Positions 1 to 14,200 of a DNA stretch of 64,000 nucleotides are shown here, one piece after another. Positions within the stretch are counted from its first letter, which is position 1. Every line of letters starts with the position of its first letter. The notes under the pieces are model-generated. The model was not told the origin of the DNA. It saw nothing but the letters and a program-made list of their open reading frames with translations, and ran no database searches. The DNA is from Bispira polyomma. Its lineage: Eukaryota. The stretch spans positions 20,956,001 through 21,020,000 of the forward strand of contig OZ287750.1 in assembly GCA_965649765.1 (NCBI GenBank), read 5' to 3'. Position numbers and translations under genes: made by a program.

Positions 1-114
1 TGGTGATCACCTCTGCCGAATCCCTGGAGATTATTGGCATCATTGACCCAAGGAACGGACAGCAGGTGCCCCTGACCGAAGCCATGAGGGACGGACTGTT
101 TGATCATGTGACAG
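1..114 (+). CDS. MACF1: Spectraplakin exon (5' truncated by window), plectin repeat
   Basis: IIGIIDPRNGQQVPLTEAMRDGLFDHVT; donor ACAG|GTAAGC at 115, phase 1. Confidence 0.88.
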
Positions 115-146
115 GTAAGCTTAGGCTTTACAAAAACTGCAAGATG

Positions 147-335
147 TACAGTAGCACCTCCGTTATCCAAACTTTTAGTATTCGAATTTACGTACACAAT
201 TCCAGTCTCCCAAATTTTCCCATATCCTTTTTTGGGGGGGACTAAATTGCCTCTTCTATTTTATGACCCTTCTCTCATCCAAACAAGATCTCCTCTGCTC
301 TCCCAAGATGTTTGGATAATAGAGCTTCCACTGTG
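147..335. mobile_element. MITE of CAGTAGAACCTC...GAGGTTCYACTG family (Tc1/mariner-type)
   Basis: tacagtagcacctccgttatccaaac ... gtttggataatagagcttccactg; related copies at 24797, 35477, 52687, 57827, 63339. Confidence 0.7.
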
Positions 336-791
336 TTAATCACTTATTAAGTATTATCCTGTTACTGTGGTACTAAAAGTTGTCACTGACAAGGGTATAT
401 GATTATATATAAATAATGTCAGATAAATCAGGATTAATATATAAATAAAGATATAAATAATGTAAACCTGGTTTGACACACTGCAAGATGTAATATATTG
501 TTAAAAAGCATAGTTTGAAGGTTACTTAACCTCCTTACTCTATCAAAGGTTCTATAAAGTTGATTTTACATGAAAAAATTAAAGCAAGAACATTGTTTGT
601 CCCTGTAATGTAGGCTTTGAGTTGTAATGTTTAATTTGAGTAGTAAATGTTTTCATTTTACAAGACTTGGTGTAGATCTATGGGGTTTCTTTTTAATTTT
701 AAAAGCAGAGTCGGTTCTAAATAATTAGGTGTTATATACATGTACTTGTAGGTTATGTATTAACACTATATAATGGGTAAAATCCTTTCAG

Positions 792-3349
792 GCGAAGTGG
801 TGGACCTGCATACTGGACAGAGACTATCACTGGACGTGGCGGTCCAAAGAGGACTTGTCATCACTAAGGATTCTAAACCACGCCAAGACACTTACAACAT
901 CTCTGGTGTGAGAGATCCTGTGACTGGGGAACTCCTGAGTGCTAGTGATGCTGAATTCAGAGGTATACTCAATCTGGTCAGTGGAGTGTATGTGAATACA
1001 GAAACAGATGAGGAAATAGCCATTGCAGAAGCAATAGAGCATGGCCTAATAATCCAGCTAGAAGGTGTTAAGGCTGACACGCTGACGACAATTACGACCA
1101 GGACCAAGCATGAGAAACTAACCTTTAGTATCAGACTAGTGATAGACTGTAACACTGGGGAGGAGTTCATTCCATCTGAAGCCGTGAAAAGAGGCATGTT
1201 AGATCTGGGTAAAGGACTGTACATCAACCTGGTCACAGGAGAAAGCATGACGATCCAGACTGCCTATGAGAAGGGCTGGATCATAGCGGAACAGACGGAT
1301 AGTGCAGTAGACGGAGGATCGACCACGGAGACCAAGTCGTTTGTCATCATGTCCTGTCTGGACACAAATTCACATGAAGATATCCCAGTGCTGGAGTCCA
1401 TCAAACGCGGTATTTTGAACAGAGAGATGACTCAGTACACCAATCTAAGAACAGGTGACGTCTTAACGATACAGGAGGCCATTGACCGAGGCATGATCAC
1501 TGTGGATTACCCATTGGCCCCCACGTCAAGAGCCCTCCAGTTGGAGACAAAGTCCTACAGCCTGAAGTCCGTCATAGACCCGCGTTCAGGAGAGGAAATT
1601 CCTATTGGAGACGCTGTGCGCCATCAGATAGTCAACAAAGAGAAAGGACTCTACATCAACATGGTGACGGATGAAAGACTAACCATCGATGAGGCCATCG
1701 GACGGGGACTCATTTTGACGGAAACTGTTGAAAAAGCAGCCAAAAAAGAAACATTCATTGAGGACAGAGCCAGGCCATCAACAACAATCTACAAGCTGAA
1801 GAAGGTAAAGGATCCGAACACTGGTGAATGGTTTGATCCAGTCGAAGCCGAAAGGAGAGGCTTGGTGAATAAGCTTGTGGGTCAGTATATAAACCCTCTG
1901 AAAGGCACCAAGATACCAATATCCCATGCCATTAGGCTCGGCAATATCATAGCGGAAGAGATAGAGGAGCCAGACTATGATGACCTGCCAGAAGACGAAC
2001 CCATTTATGCCACCATGGAAGCCATGCGAGATGACAGTGACCTGCATATTGACGTGGTGATCGACTTACGTACAGGGGAGGAAATATCCCTGTATGAGGC
2101 GATGAGGAGAGGCATTATTGATCCAATTAGTGGGCAGTACATTGACCTTGTAACAGGCAGAAGATACTCAATCACTGAGGCACTAGAGCAAGGCTATGTC
2201 AGAGCACAGCTGAGAAAGAGCGATAGCACCTACATTCAGTGGGCTCCCACTAAGACCTACAGTATCACAGCTGTAGTGGATCAACAAACAGGCCAGAGGA
2301 TAAGTGTGGAGGAAGGTATTAGTATGGGACTTGTGGACATGAACACTAAGGAGTACTTTGATCCAGTGAGAGGGACAAGGATCCCATTCCAGGAAGCAGC
2401 CAGAGGTGGCCTTTTGATTGTAGAAGAGCAAGTGGAGCCAGGATATGAAGATTACGAAAACGTTGAATTTGTAACATCAGCTCGTAGCACCATGGTCACC
2501 AGGTCTGCCTACAGTGAGGGTCGAGACGTTGATGTTAGTGTGGATAGCCGTCGGGATGCCATGATGTCTTATAATAGAGCTGTAGAGCTGGGACTGATCA
2601 ATGAAGATATGGGAATGTACGAAGATCCACAAACGAGGGCCAAAATACCAATATCAGATGCTGTGAAAGAGGGTCTTCTTTGTGATGTGCCTGTAACATT
2701 TTCAAAGGAAGGTACCACAGAAGTAATTACCAAGAAGAAAGAATTTACAAAAGTCTACAAGTTTGAAAAGCCAGAATCAGAAAATGGTGATGTTGTGGAG
2801 GAAGAAGATGATACTATGGATGAGGAAACCCCTTCAGAAGGGTCACCTACTGAAAGTCCACATACAGAAAGTCCAGTATCGCCCGACAGAAATGGTTATC
2901 ACACTGCACAAGTACAGCCACCAGCAGCAACCGTCGAAGCTATGAAAAGACAAAGAACGACATCCGGATCCAAGCTAACAGAAACCACAGAAACGACCAC
3001 CACAACCAAGATCCAGGTGGTGAGGCCAGATGAACTACCACTGTTGCAGCAGCAGAGGCCATCAGAGAATGGTTCATCAGTGACCAGGTCAGCAAATGGC
3101 AACACGGTCACTGAGATCACTGAAACTCAGCTGAGTACCTTCATTACTAAAAAGGGCTATGCCATCAACAGTGAAGGGAAAGTCGTCAATACCCAAACTG
3201 GGAGCGAGATGTCCATTGCGGAGGCGCTAACTGCAGGAGCCATTGAACTGGATGCCTCTTCAGAGAAGGACGATAGGTCAGGGGAACTGATGAGTACCTC
3301 TGAGATGTCTTACTCACTGGGATCTTCCATGTCCTCCATCTATGATCGG
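792..3349 (+). CDS. MACF1: Spectraplakin large plectin-repeat exon (may extend to 4157 if 3350-3724 is retained)
   Basis: Acceptor ctttcAG|GC at 792 restores TG/GEVVDLHTG in frame; many plectin repeats; consensus donor CGG|GTAAGT at 3350, phase 0. Confidence 0.85.
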
Positions 3350-3665
3350 GTAAGTATTTCAGACAGGGAAGCCCCCCATGACCCCCCATCACATCATCCA
3401 CCATTTACCATTCCTGTGGGTCACTGGGAGGCTAATACCTCATCTACTGTATCATTAGGTCATAACATTTATCCTCATACTGTTTCAGCATCCTCCACAT
3501 CATCATCAGTGTCGTCATCAATGTCAGCTTCTTCACCTTTGGTTCAGGACTACTACTACTCTCATAGCTTGTTGACAAACCCTTCTAACACTGCTACAGC
3601 AGTGACCCCCTATACTTCCTCTAATTCTTTTCTTTTGTATTCAGCTTCTAATTTGACCTCACGGT

Positions 3666-3708
3666 TGCATGGTGAGGCAGCCCATTTTAATAAGTTGCAT
3701 GCACTAAC
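3666..3708 (+). promoter_or_regulatory. Splicing-regulatory cluster: two TGCATG (Rbfox) sites plus ACTAAC (branchpoint/QKI motif)
   Basis: TGCATG at 3666 and 3696, ACTAAC at 3703, AG at 3723-3724. Confidence 0.55.
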
Positions 3709-3724
3709 TCCTGTTGAGTTCCAG

Positions 3725-4157
3725 GCTGGCGATGTGGCGAGCAGTGGTGGTGAATCCACATCAGGTCTACCAGACCAAGACACAACCCAGGAAGATGCCA
3801 CCCCAGTCTCTCAAGACTTCACACCAAATATTTATGATCAAACTGTCTTTACTGCACAGGGTAGGGATGAACTAGGTAGCACTGTCACTGGCAATAGGCA
3901 GTATACTGTAAGTACTGACAAAGAGGGTGAGGTGCCTATAGGTTTGTCAGAAAGTGTTCCACCAGGGAGAGTGACCAGAGAGGGTGTACAGGCAGTGAAC
4001 AGTGACTTCCTGGACGTCATGGTCACTGATGCAGTTAGGGGTGGACTCATCACTGTGGCTGACGCTGTCAATCTCGGTTTGGTTGACATGGCAACCGGTG
4101 ACTTCAGAGATCCAAGAACCAATCAGATTCTGACATACAGTGAAGCCCTGCAAAGAG
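3725..4157 (+). CDS. MACF1: Spectraplakin exon, linker plus plectin repeat
   Basis: ACTAAC (3703-3708) then gagttccAG|GCT acceptor, phase 0; donor AGAG|GTATAT at 4158, phase 1. Confidence 0.75.
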
Positions 4158-4492
4158 GTATATAGCAAATAGTTATAGTCATTTATAGAACTACATCTAT
4201 GTTAAAGTAATATAGTACTTAAGATTTTAGTGTTGATGACTATTTTGGTACATGTTATCTTGCTTGGAAAATAGTAAATAAGGGACAGGGGTTTCGTTTA
4301 GTGGAGCATTAGCAAAAGGGCTTCTCTTACAGCCATGTATAATGCTAGTACAGAATATGGAAGGACGGTTTGGACTTTCATGCTTCACCTTGTTCTGTAC
4401 ACTTGGAATATTAAATATAGTACTTTGCAATGGTGATATGAAAATGTGCTAAATTTGCTAGATTTACGGTTACAGATAAATACTCCCAGGCT

Positions 4493-4720
4493 GGGCCATT
4501 GTGGTCTTCTGGTTAGAAGCATTTTTATTTCATAGTTATACTAGTCTAAAAGCGCTTCCTTCAAAATCACTGGTCTCTCACCAAATTAATTGTGGGTTAG
4601 ATTCCTGTTGGTTCCTTCGTTGGTTTACTGTGCTTTAGCATTTGGTTTCTTTCACCGTAAAATCTGGCTATCATGATATGACCTGAGGCTGTGAAAAAAT
4701 TGATGTAAAATTAAATTCCA
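4493..4720 (+). mobile_element. SINE copy, same family as 26440
   Basis: aatcactggtctctcacc; tggtttctttcaccgtaaaatctggctatcatgatatgacc. Confidence 0.75.
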
Positions 4721-4781
4721 GTAAATACAGAGAAATACCCTGTGACAACTGTGACCATGTTCTCGTACACTTTATCCCCAG

Positions 4782-4886
4782 GCTTGATGGTACCTATGAA
4801 GAGACTGCTGATTCAAGACAAGGAGACAGGGAGGCTGATGACTGCTGCTGAGGCTGAGCGGAAGGCTGTATATGACAGCAGAACTG
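4782..4886 (+). CDS. MACF1: Spectraplakin 105-nt exon, plectin repeat (absent from ORF track)
   Basis: tttatccccAG|GC ... GLMVPMKRLLIQDKETGRLMTAAEAERKAVYDSRT G|GTGGGT; phase 1-1. Confidence 0.85.
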
Positions 4887-5218
4887 GTGGGTGGAGACAA
4901 CTCTATTGATATTATCACATTACTCTTGTTTCTATGTTAACATTGTGTAAGTCTGTTTATACAAAATATGATATAAGAGTTATGTTTTAAATTTAAAAGC
5001 GAACAAAAGAAGTTGACACTGGTAAAGTTAAATAAAGACTCGACCTTCATTAATTGTTACGATTCATTCTGGTATATATAGCTTAGTGTTATAGTAAGGT
5101 CATGTGAAATTTTAAGCGTAATTGTACTCCTACACATATAGCTGGAAACATATCTAACAAAAATCTCCGTCTCGAATTATATTTGTCAAAAGGACTGATA
5201 TTTATTTTCTGTTTCCAG

Positions 5219-8200
5219 GTGAAGTACTTGATTCCACAACAGGAGCACTGGTACCTTATGAGAATGCCATCAACAGGGGGCTGTTAATTCACCCTGGTAC
5301 ATTCCTGTGGACAGATCCCACTACGGGCACCCCACTGTCTGTGCCACATGCCGCGGCCATGGGTATGATTGCCATACAGGACGGAAAAGTCTCCGACCCT
5401 CAGTCCGGCCAGCTCATGTTGTACAGAGATGCTCTGAGCAAAGGAGTACTAGTGAAGACCAGTGATATTCTAGTCAAAGACCCTAGCTCGGGAGAGTTGG
5501 TCAGTCTGTCTGAAGGTGCGGACCGAGGATTTGTCTACCTCGCCACAACTGAAATGAGGGACTCGGAGTCGGCTGACTTGGTCTCGTTCAATGAAGCCTT
5601 ATCGAGAGGGCTTCTCTTGCAGCCGCATACAACGCTGGTACAGGAAGCAGTCACAGGAAGTGTCATCAGTGTCAATCAAGCAGTAAAGGAAGGAGTTATC
5701 AACACAGCAACTGGAACTGTGAGAGACCCTGGTAGCTCCGAAATGATCTCAACGCAAGAAGGTGTGGATACGGGTGTGATACTAGAACCCAATGATCTCT
5801 TAATCCAGAGCCCAGGCACTGGTGGACTAGTCACTTTAAGCCAGGCTGCTAAGCAGGGATTCGTGGACTTAAGTAATGGCAGTGTCAGAGGCCCAAACAC
5901 AGGACATGAGCTTACCTTTAAGGAAGCCCTGGACCAAGGACTCTTACTGCAGAACAAAGCTGCTATGTTTCAAGATCCCTACTCCGGTAGGCTATTAAAT
6001 GCGTCAGAAGCTGAAACAGAGGGATTAGTCGATCTCAGTACTGGAGAGGTCATAGACCCAAGTACCAATCATATGATTTCATATAGTGAGGCAATACTGA
6101 GAGGGGTTCTGCTGCAACCGATCAGTGCCAAAGTCAAGGACTCCACCACGGGCGGTGTGATGGGACTTAAAGAAGCGGTGAAGAGAGGCGTACTAAACAC
6201 AAATACTGGTGAGATTCTAGACCCAATTACACGTGAAAGTATTCCTCTGAAAGAGGCCATCGAAGCTGGATTGGTTGTACTGCCTGGTGAAAGTGGAATG
6301 TCCTATCCATCTTCCTCTGCCAAATCGGAAACTTCGGAATCTTCCACTGAAATGGAAGTAGACAGAGATCTGACACCATTAAGAATTGTAGAGAGTTCAG
6401 ATGACAGTCAGCCTCCCAGTGTCAGACCAATGACTCTACCCAGGATTTCTGAGGGTGACGAGCTGGTTGATGTCTCTTCTGTAGCAGCGAGAAAAGTTGA
6501 TTACCGAGACTTGACCCCAGTAAAAGATAGACCAGCAGGGGCGATGTCACTGGTGGATGCTATAGAAGGAGGTGTTATGGATTCCAAAACCGGTCGTTTT
6601 GAAGATCCCTTCACAGGAAAAGAAATGTCCTTCCGGGAAGCCATAGACAAAGGCTTTGTAGACATTGAGGAGGCACAGGTGACCGTCCCAGGTTTTGAGC
6701 AACCTGTACTCTTACGGAAAGCCATGAGTGAGGGATTAGTCGACGGCACGTCTGGCCAGATTACAGATGTGAAAACTGGCAGAAGGATCTCCATGAATAC
6801 AGCTGTACAGCAGGGGTTCCTTAAACAGAGTCCAAGTGCCCCCTCCCTGCAGGATATCAGTGAAAAGGGGCTGTATGACATGGACACCGGTATGGTCTTT
6901 GACCAGAGATCTGGAAGACACGTCCCTCTAGAGGAAGCGATTGAGGACAATTTGATAGATCGCAGCACAGTCACAGTGGAAGATCCGGCCAGTGGGAAGC
7001 AGATCACATTAAGTGAAGCCTTTGAGAAAGGAATAATGGACCCAGACACCAGTTCTATTGTTGATAGTAAGACTGGAAAGTCTACATCAATCGTAGAGTC
7101 TGTGAAAAAAGGTTTGTTGGTAGCTCTGGCTGCTCCAGTACTGGGACCTGTGTACTTGGCAAAATTAGCAAAAGACAAAATGTCCTCTAAGATGGAGACA
7201 AATGTTGATCCAAAAAGAAGAAAGATGGTACCTGGGGGTGACAGTTTGGAGAGGGAACCAGATTCTGGTGGAGCTGGTGGAGAGAGTGATACAGATGATG
7301 TAAAGACTGATAAGGATATGTCGCCAAAACCAAGGTTAACAGTGACAAGCCAACCTCACGAGGATACATCACAGAAGCCAGAGTTAACAGTGATACCTCA
7401 ATCACATAAGGATTTGTCACAGAGACCAGGGTTAACAGTGACAACTCAACTACATGAGGATATGTCACAGAAGCCAGGGTTATCAGTGATAAGCCAACCA
7501 CATGAGGATATGTCACATGAGGATCTGTTACAGAAGCCAGGGTTAACAGTTATAACTCAACAACATGAGGATCTGTCCCAGAAGCTAGAGTTAACAGTGA
7601 CAACTCAATCACATGAGGATATATCACAAAAGTCAGGATTAACTGTGATAAGCCAGCCACATGAGGATCTGTCACAGAAGTCAGGGTTAACAGTGATATC
7701 TCAACCACATGAGGATACATCACATCAGCCAGGGTTAACAGTGAAAAGCCAACCACATGAGGATATGACACAGAAGCCAGGCTTAACAGTGAAAGAAACA
7801 ATACATGAACTTGTGTCAGATACAACAAAATACATATCACCTAAAACTAATGATCCAGATGTGAGAACAGAATCAACTGAATTTAGTGTGAAATATCAGA
7901 GTGCAGCAGGTACTGATGTAAGTATAATAGAGCAAACCTCAAACAGTGAAGAGTTGATGGAAAGTCAGATTACTATTGAAAGCACAGAGTTATCGTCAGA
8001 AGTCCAAGAGAACACAACAGTTGCACAAGAAAGGCCAGTTGATGAAGCAGTAACATCTACAGAAAAATTTGATCAGGAAATTGTAGCGACAGGAATTGTA
8101 GTAACCAGAGATAAAGTGGTACCCATGGAGACTGGTGAAGGCAAAAGTACAAAACAACAAGGTGTTTTACAAGCACAGACTGAGAGTGTAACAGACTACA

Positions 8201-11200
8201 CATGGCAAAACATTGACACAATAGATGACAGAAGCATCTTAGAGAATGTAATAGCAACTGGAAAGATAGGGCTCTTGTCCAAAGTCATTGATACAAACAC
8301 AGATGAAGCTCTAACCGTTAAAGAAGCCATAGAACGAGGCATCATGCATCCTCAGACTGGAGCTATCGTTGATAAAGTGACTGGAAGAACTGTGCCCTTG
8401 CTGGAAGCTATAGAAGGCAATGTCTTGGTGAGAGAAGAATGGCCAGTGTCTGTGAGTGAAGCACTGAATTCTGGGGCCTATGATGAGGACACTAACATGT
8501 TCATTGAGCCTGGGACCGGAAGGAAGTTGACCTTGCAGGAGGCAGTGAAGAAAGGCTATGTGGAGAGTGAACACGATGAAATAGTTGATCCAGGTAATGG
8601 AGACATCATCTCCTTACAGGAGGCCATCCAGAGAAGACTCTTTGATAGTAAAACGGGAGAGGTGGTGGACAGAAACACAGGCAAAAGGTTCACCTTGCTG
8701 GAAGCCATGCAGGAAGGGTTTATTGTACAGACAGATGAGACTGACAGAATGGACCAGGAGCAGCAAATGGAAATAGTAGCAGAAGACCATCCATGTCTTT
8801 CTTTAGTGGATGCCATTGAACAGACGTACGATGCCAGGCGAAACACAATCGTTGATACTGTAACAGGCCGAAGACTTTCACTACAAAGGGCCGTGGTGGA
8901 AGGTGTGGTGGACACATCCGATGTATATATTAGAGACCCCCTCACTGGACAGGAAGTGCCATTAGGTGTGTTAGTGGACATGGGACAGGTGGACCTGAAT
9001 ACAGGAATTGTGATTGATGCCAGCAGAGAGAGAATTCCAATTGATATGGCCGTAAAAGAGGGCATGTTGTTCGATTCAAAGAATGACAAGAGGGATGGAT
9101 TTCCAGTCAACGGCCTACCATTGACACAGATGTTTAGTAAGAGTTTGTATGATCCCGCTACAGGAGAGTTTACAGATCCCATCACAAGTGAGAAGATAAC
9201 ACTGGTCGAGGCCTTAGACCGAAGAGTAGTGGATGAAAAGTCGGTGGTTGTGAATGAACCAAAAAGTGGAGAGGTCTTCAACATCAGAGAAGCCATTCAC
9301 AATGGGGTGGTCAATGGGAAGACAAGTAAAGTGAAAGACATGATCAGCAAGGAAAAAGTCCCACTGAATGTAGCCATGTCAAGGGGAATACTCATAGCAA
9401 GACCCATGGCTCTAGAAACGGCAATAGATATAGGACTGTACAATGAAGCGACTGGCAAATTCTTAGATCCCACTTGTCGACAGTTCTTTGCTCTAGAGCA
9501 AGCCGTCTTGGAAGGTTTGATAGACGAGGCATCTTCTATCATTGACCCTGTTAGTGGAAAAGAGCTGATGTTGGCCAAAGCCACTGCTATAGGTGTACTT
9601 GATGCAAAGAACGGCAATGTTGTTAATGTACATACTGGAGAAACATTTACATTAAAGGAAGCCGTGGCATGTAAAATTCCTGCCAGAAAGAGACAACCTG
9701 CTCCAATCGCACTGTATGATGCCATGAAAAAGGGAATCTATAATGCTGAGACGAATGTAGTTGTTGATCCTGAAACAGAGGCAGAACTGACCCTGCAAGA
9801 GGCATTATCCACAAACGTCATTGACAGTGCATCTTATGTGTGTGATCCATTAAATGGGGAAAGACTAACACTGACTGAAGCATTACAGAGAGGGATACTA
9901 GACCCATCAGTTGGGACAATTAAGGATGTTGATATGGGAGACAGTTTGTCACTGAGTGAGCTACTTAGTGAGCCACCACTACCAATAGCTGAAGTTGTCA
10001 AGAGACATCTCTATAGTGAAGACACCAACACAATCAGAGATCCAGTCAGTAAAGAAGACCTGTCTCTTGAAGAGGCCCTGCGTAGAGGTGTTGTGGATAT
10101 GACATCTACCGTTCAGGATCCATCAACGGGAAATCTGATATCAGTTCAGCAAGCTATCAGTAGTGGTGTGATGAATGTTCAAACTGGCAGACTTGTGGAC
10201 AGGAGTACGAAAGAAGAGACCACATTGGTGAGTGCCATACCAGCAGCAGATCTGGAGAAAACGCCTTCACAAATAATGCCGCTCCTGACACTCCACCAGG
10301 CCCTGAAAATGGGATTGTATGATCCCGAGTTTAACTCGGTCACTAATCCAGTTACTGGAGAAAGACTGTCTCTCGAAGATGCCATTGAAAAAGGAGTGAT
10401 AGATCCAAGGTCAAGACTTGTGGACCCATTTACAGGCAGGACAGTTGCATTAGAAGATGCTGTAGAAAGTGGTATGCTGGATACAAATATTGGTTTGCTA
10501 ATAAGTACTAAAATGGGAGAAAGTATGTCACTGTTGGATGCATTCAGTAAAGGACTCATTGTCCCAAGTGATGAACAGTCTGAAAGCTCCACCTTAGGTG
10601 GAGCAATAGACCGGGGAATCATTTCTGAAGCGACAGGACTTTTCCGAGATCCAAACACAGGACAAGATATTAGTGTTCAAAGCGCTGTCAAGTTAGGGCT
10701 GCTATCACTGGAAAATATATATGTCTTAGATCCACTTTCTGGGAAGTTTGTGTCTTTCATAGAAGCTAAGAAACGTGGATTGTACAATCCAGATACTTAT
10801 GAAGTTCAAGATCATTCAGAAAACCAAGACATCTCACTGGTTAATGCCTGGAAGAAGGGACTTGTGATTGAAGAGGCAGGACTGTCTTGGAAAGACATTA
10901 TTGAGCAAGGGTTATACAGTGAACAAAGTGAAAGCATAAGACATCCTCAAACAGGTGAAGAAGTGAGTCTGCCAGATGCCATCACTTCAGGATTAATTGA
11001 TGTGAACAGTCCAATCCAGATGCCGTCAGATAATGAGGTCATAACACTTCAGGAGGCCATTGCAAGGGGAATGGTAGACCAAGCCAGTGGGACTCTCCAT
11101 AATCCGAAAACTTCTGAGAAAATTCCACTGCAAAAAGTATTGGTTGTCAATGTCAAACAGCTTCCACCTACAGAAAAGACCTCTGGACATACAATGCGGG

Positions 11201-14200
11201 ACATTATACAGAGTGGCTACTTTAATCCAGAAGATGGAACAATAACTGATGCCAAAACAGGACAAGAGATGACTCTCACTGAAGCCGTAAGAACAGGATT
11301 TGTTGATGCAGATAGCAGTGTCCTTGTACACAATGGAGAAGAACTAACGCTGAGAGATGCCATCCAGGATGAACTGATTGATCCTCTGAATGCTGTCTAT
11401 ATGGATCCAACAACAGGTGCTACAGTACCTCTGTCAGATGTCATTCTGGGTTGTGATGAGGTAGTTGAGACAATGTCTTCTGAGACTGTTGGATTAGAAG
11501 AGCCAGGTCCACTAAAAGAAACCGGAAGTCCAAGGTTAACAGATTTACCTTTGACTCTTCAAGCAGTGGTAGAGCAAGGCTTGTTTCATGAAGCTAAATC
11601 TATTGTCAGCATCCCGTCCATGGATGATCAGATGCCACTGAAGGATGCATTGGATCAAGGACTAATAGATGTAAGTTCTGCATTAATTAGAGAACCAGAT
11701 AGTGGGAAAATAGTCAGTGTGGAAGATGCAGTATATTCTGGTGTTTTTGATGTTGAGACAGGAACCATTACAGATTCTTCATCTGGCAGAGTTGTTGGTC
11801 TCTCAGAAGCATGGCAGCAGGGCTTTCTTATAAGCTTAGAAGACACTCCGTTAAGTCTTCAGGAAGTAGTAAAAGCTGGATTGCTTGACCGCAAAACAGG
11901 AAGAATAATTCACCCACAATCTGGATCCAAACTGGATTTGTCAGAGGCAATAGAAGAGGGTCTGCTGGACACAACTCGAATAGTCATACATGGTCAGTCT
12001 GAAAATGTGCTTACACTTGCGGAAGGTCTTGACAATGGTGAAGTGTTAGTCAAAGGTAACAACCTCGTCTACATGGCTACAGGGGATGAAGTGCCTTTAA
12101 TGGATGCTATAGAATCTGGATTGTTGCAGTCTCCTCAGACTTCAGCACAACTACCCATGAGTGACATTCTTCAAAGAGATTTGTTCAGTGAAGATACTGG
12201 AAAAGTGATTCATCCCGAGACGGGTGCAAAGTTAACATTGGAAGCAGCTATTGCCAGTGGCGTGATTGATTCAAACAGTATCAGGATCAGGGATCCTCAG
12301 ACAGGTGATTTAATGTCCTACCAGGAGGCGGTGAAGCAGGGTGTCCTGGATCCTACTACGGGTGACGTCATGAGTCCTGATGGTGAGCCTCTGACATTCA
12401 AGGAAGCAGTACAGGGAGGCTTAGCTGTGGTGTCCGGAGATGCTCAGGTGAATCTGATAGATGCTGTCAAACAAGGACTCTATCACCCAGACACTGGACT
12501 CATAACTGATCCTGAGACAGAAGACGACATGACAGTCAAAGAGGCAATAGATAGAGGTGTCATTAAGACACATGGCATTAGAGTAAGGGATCCGCACAGC
12601 GGGGCTGAACTCACTGTAGAAACTGCAGCTGATAGCTGTTTGATAGATTTAGAAAAGGGAACAATTGAAAACCCATACACTGGAAAACCCATAACTTTAG
12701 GCGAAGCTATTGTGAAAGACCTGCTGATTGTGGGCAAACCACCCAGGTTCAGCTTGCATGAAGCCTATGAAGATGGAATTGTTGATGCAGGTACAGGTAT
12801 GGTGAGAGATCCATTCACTGGGGAAGACATCAGTTTAGCCGAGGCTATAGAACGGGATATTCTAGACCCAAATAAAACTGTAGTGAGGCATCCGGGTACT
12901 GGAAGAATGGTTCCTCTAGATCAAGCCATAGCCCTTGGTCTGATTGATGACACAACTGGACAGTACATTGACCAAACCACCAGGGCACGCATCAGTTTTC
13001 AAGATGCCACCAAGGCCGGTTCTGTGTTGAACATTGATGAAAACAGAAAACACACACTGATAGAAGCCATTACGCAAGGGTTTTTCAACCAAGAAACGGC
13101 TTCTATTGTTGACCCACACACTGATGAAACAATGCAGCTTGCTGCAGCAATAAGAAGTAGTGTGTTTGCGATCCACAATATCCGCGTACAATTTCCCGAT
13201 TCAAGACTGATGACATTGAAAGAAGCCATTGAAACAGGTGCCCTTGATCTCCAGAGTGCCACTCTAACCGACCCTCAGAGTCCAAAGAAATTAGGACTAC
13301 AGAGAGCTGTAGAAGATGGAGTTGTATATGACATTGTTGAAGGTATTCAAGTGATCAGTCTAAAAGGTGCAGTTGAGAAAGGAAAAGTTAACCTGGACAT
13401 GGGAACCATCATTCATCCAAGGACTGGGGCTCATTTAACCATTGATCAAGCATTTCATATGGGATTGCTCATCAGAGAAGACAAGCCAATGCTCAGCTGG
13501 GACACTGTGTTAAAGTTATACTACAACAGAGATAGTGGTAACATTACTGAGCCTTCAAGCAAGAAAGACATCAATATAGTTGAAGCAGTGAACATAGGTC
13601 TTCTTGATGACACTACAGTTGTGATTTTGGATGCTACCACTGGTAAAGAGCTTGCATGGAATGAAGCCATAAATATGGGTATTGTGAGTTGTGAAAGTGG
13701 TAAAATTAGAGACAAAGATAACAAGTATATCTCTTTGAAAGAAGCGGTTGACAGAGCTTTAGTACTGGGTTTAAGTGATTCAAGACAGAAAAGAGATAAA
13801 AAGTCCCCACAAAAAGTTCCAGAAAATATTACAAAGAAAGTGGTGAGTGAGAAAACATCTGATGGACAGCCAATGGATGAAGAGACAACAAGGCAGCCGT
13901 GTGATAAAGTAGCAAGATTGGAGGAAGAGCCTGAGCAGACAGACACAAGTGCAACAAGAGACAGAGCTCATGTACATTATGAAAATTTGTCCGTTAGAGA
14001 GGCTGTCAAAGTTGGTATTCTCAATGCCAACACAGGGAAGCTACTTACAGCAGACAGTAAGGAAGAGCTCAATATTGAACAAGGAATAGAGACGGGATTA
14101 TTGAGCCCAGATAAGACGGTTCTTATCCTCCCTAGCGGTGGTGCTCCAGTAAGCCTACAAGATGCCATATTGGAGGGTGTGATGGATCCAGTAACGGGTA

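Noticed and set aside
773-5341. ORF-track start codons (773, 5341, also 19404) as separate genes
   Set aside because: Each ORF is entered through an in-frame splice acceptor (792, 5219, 19320); they are exons of one gene.
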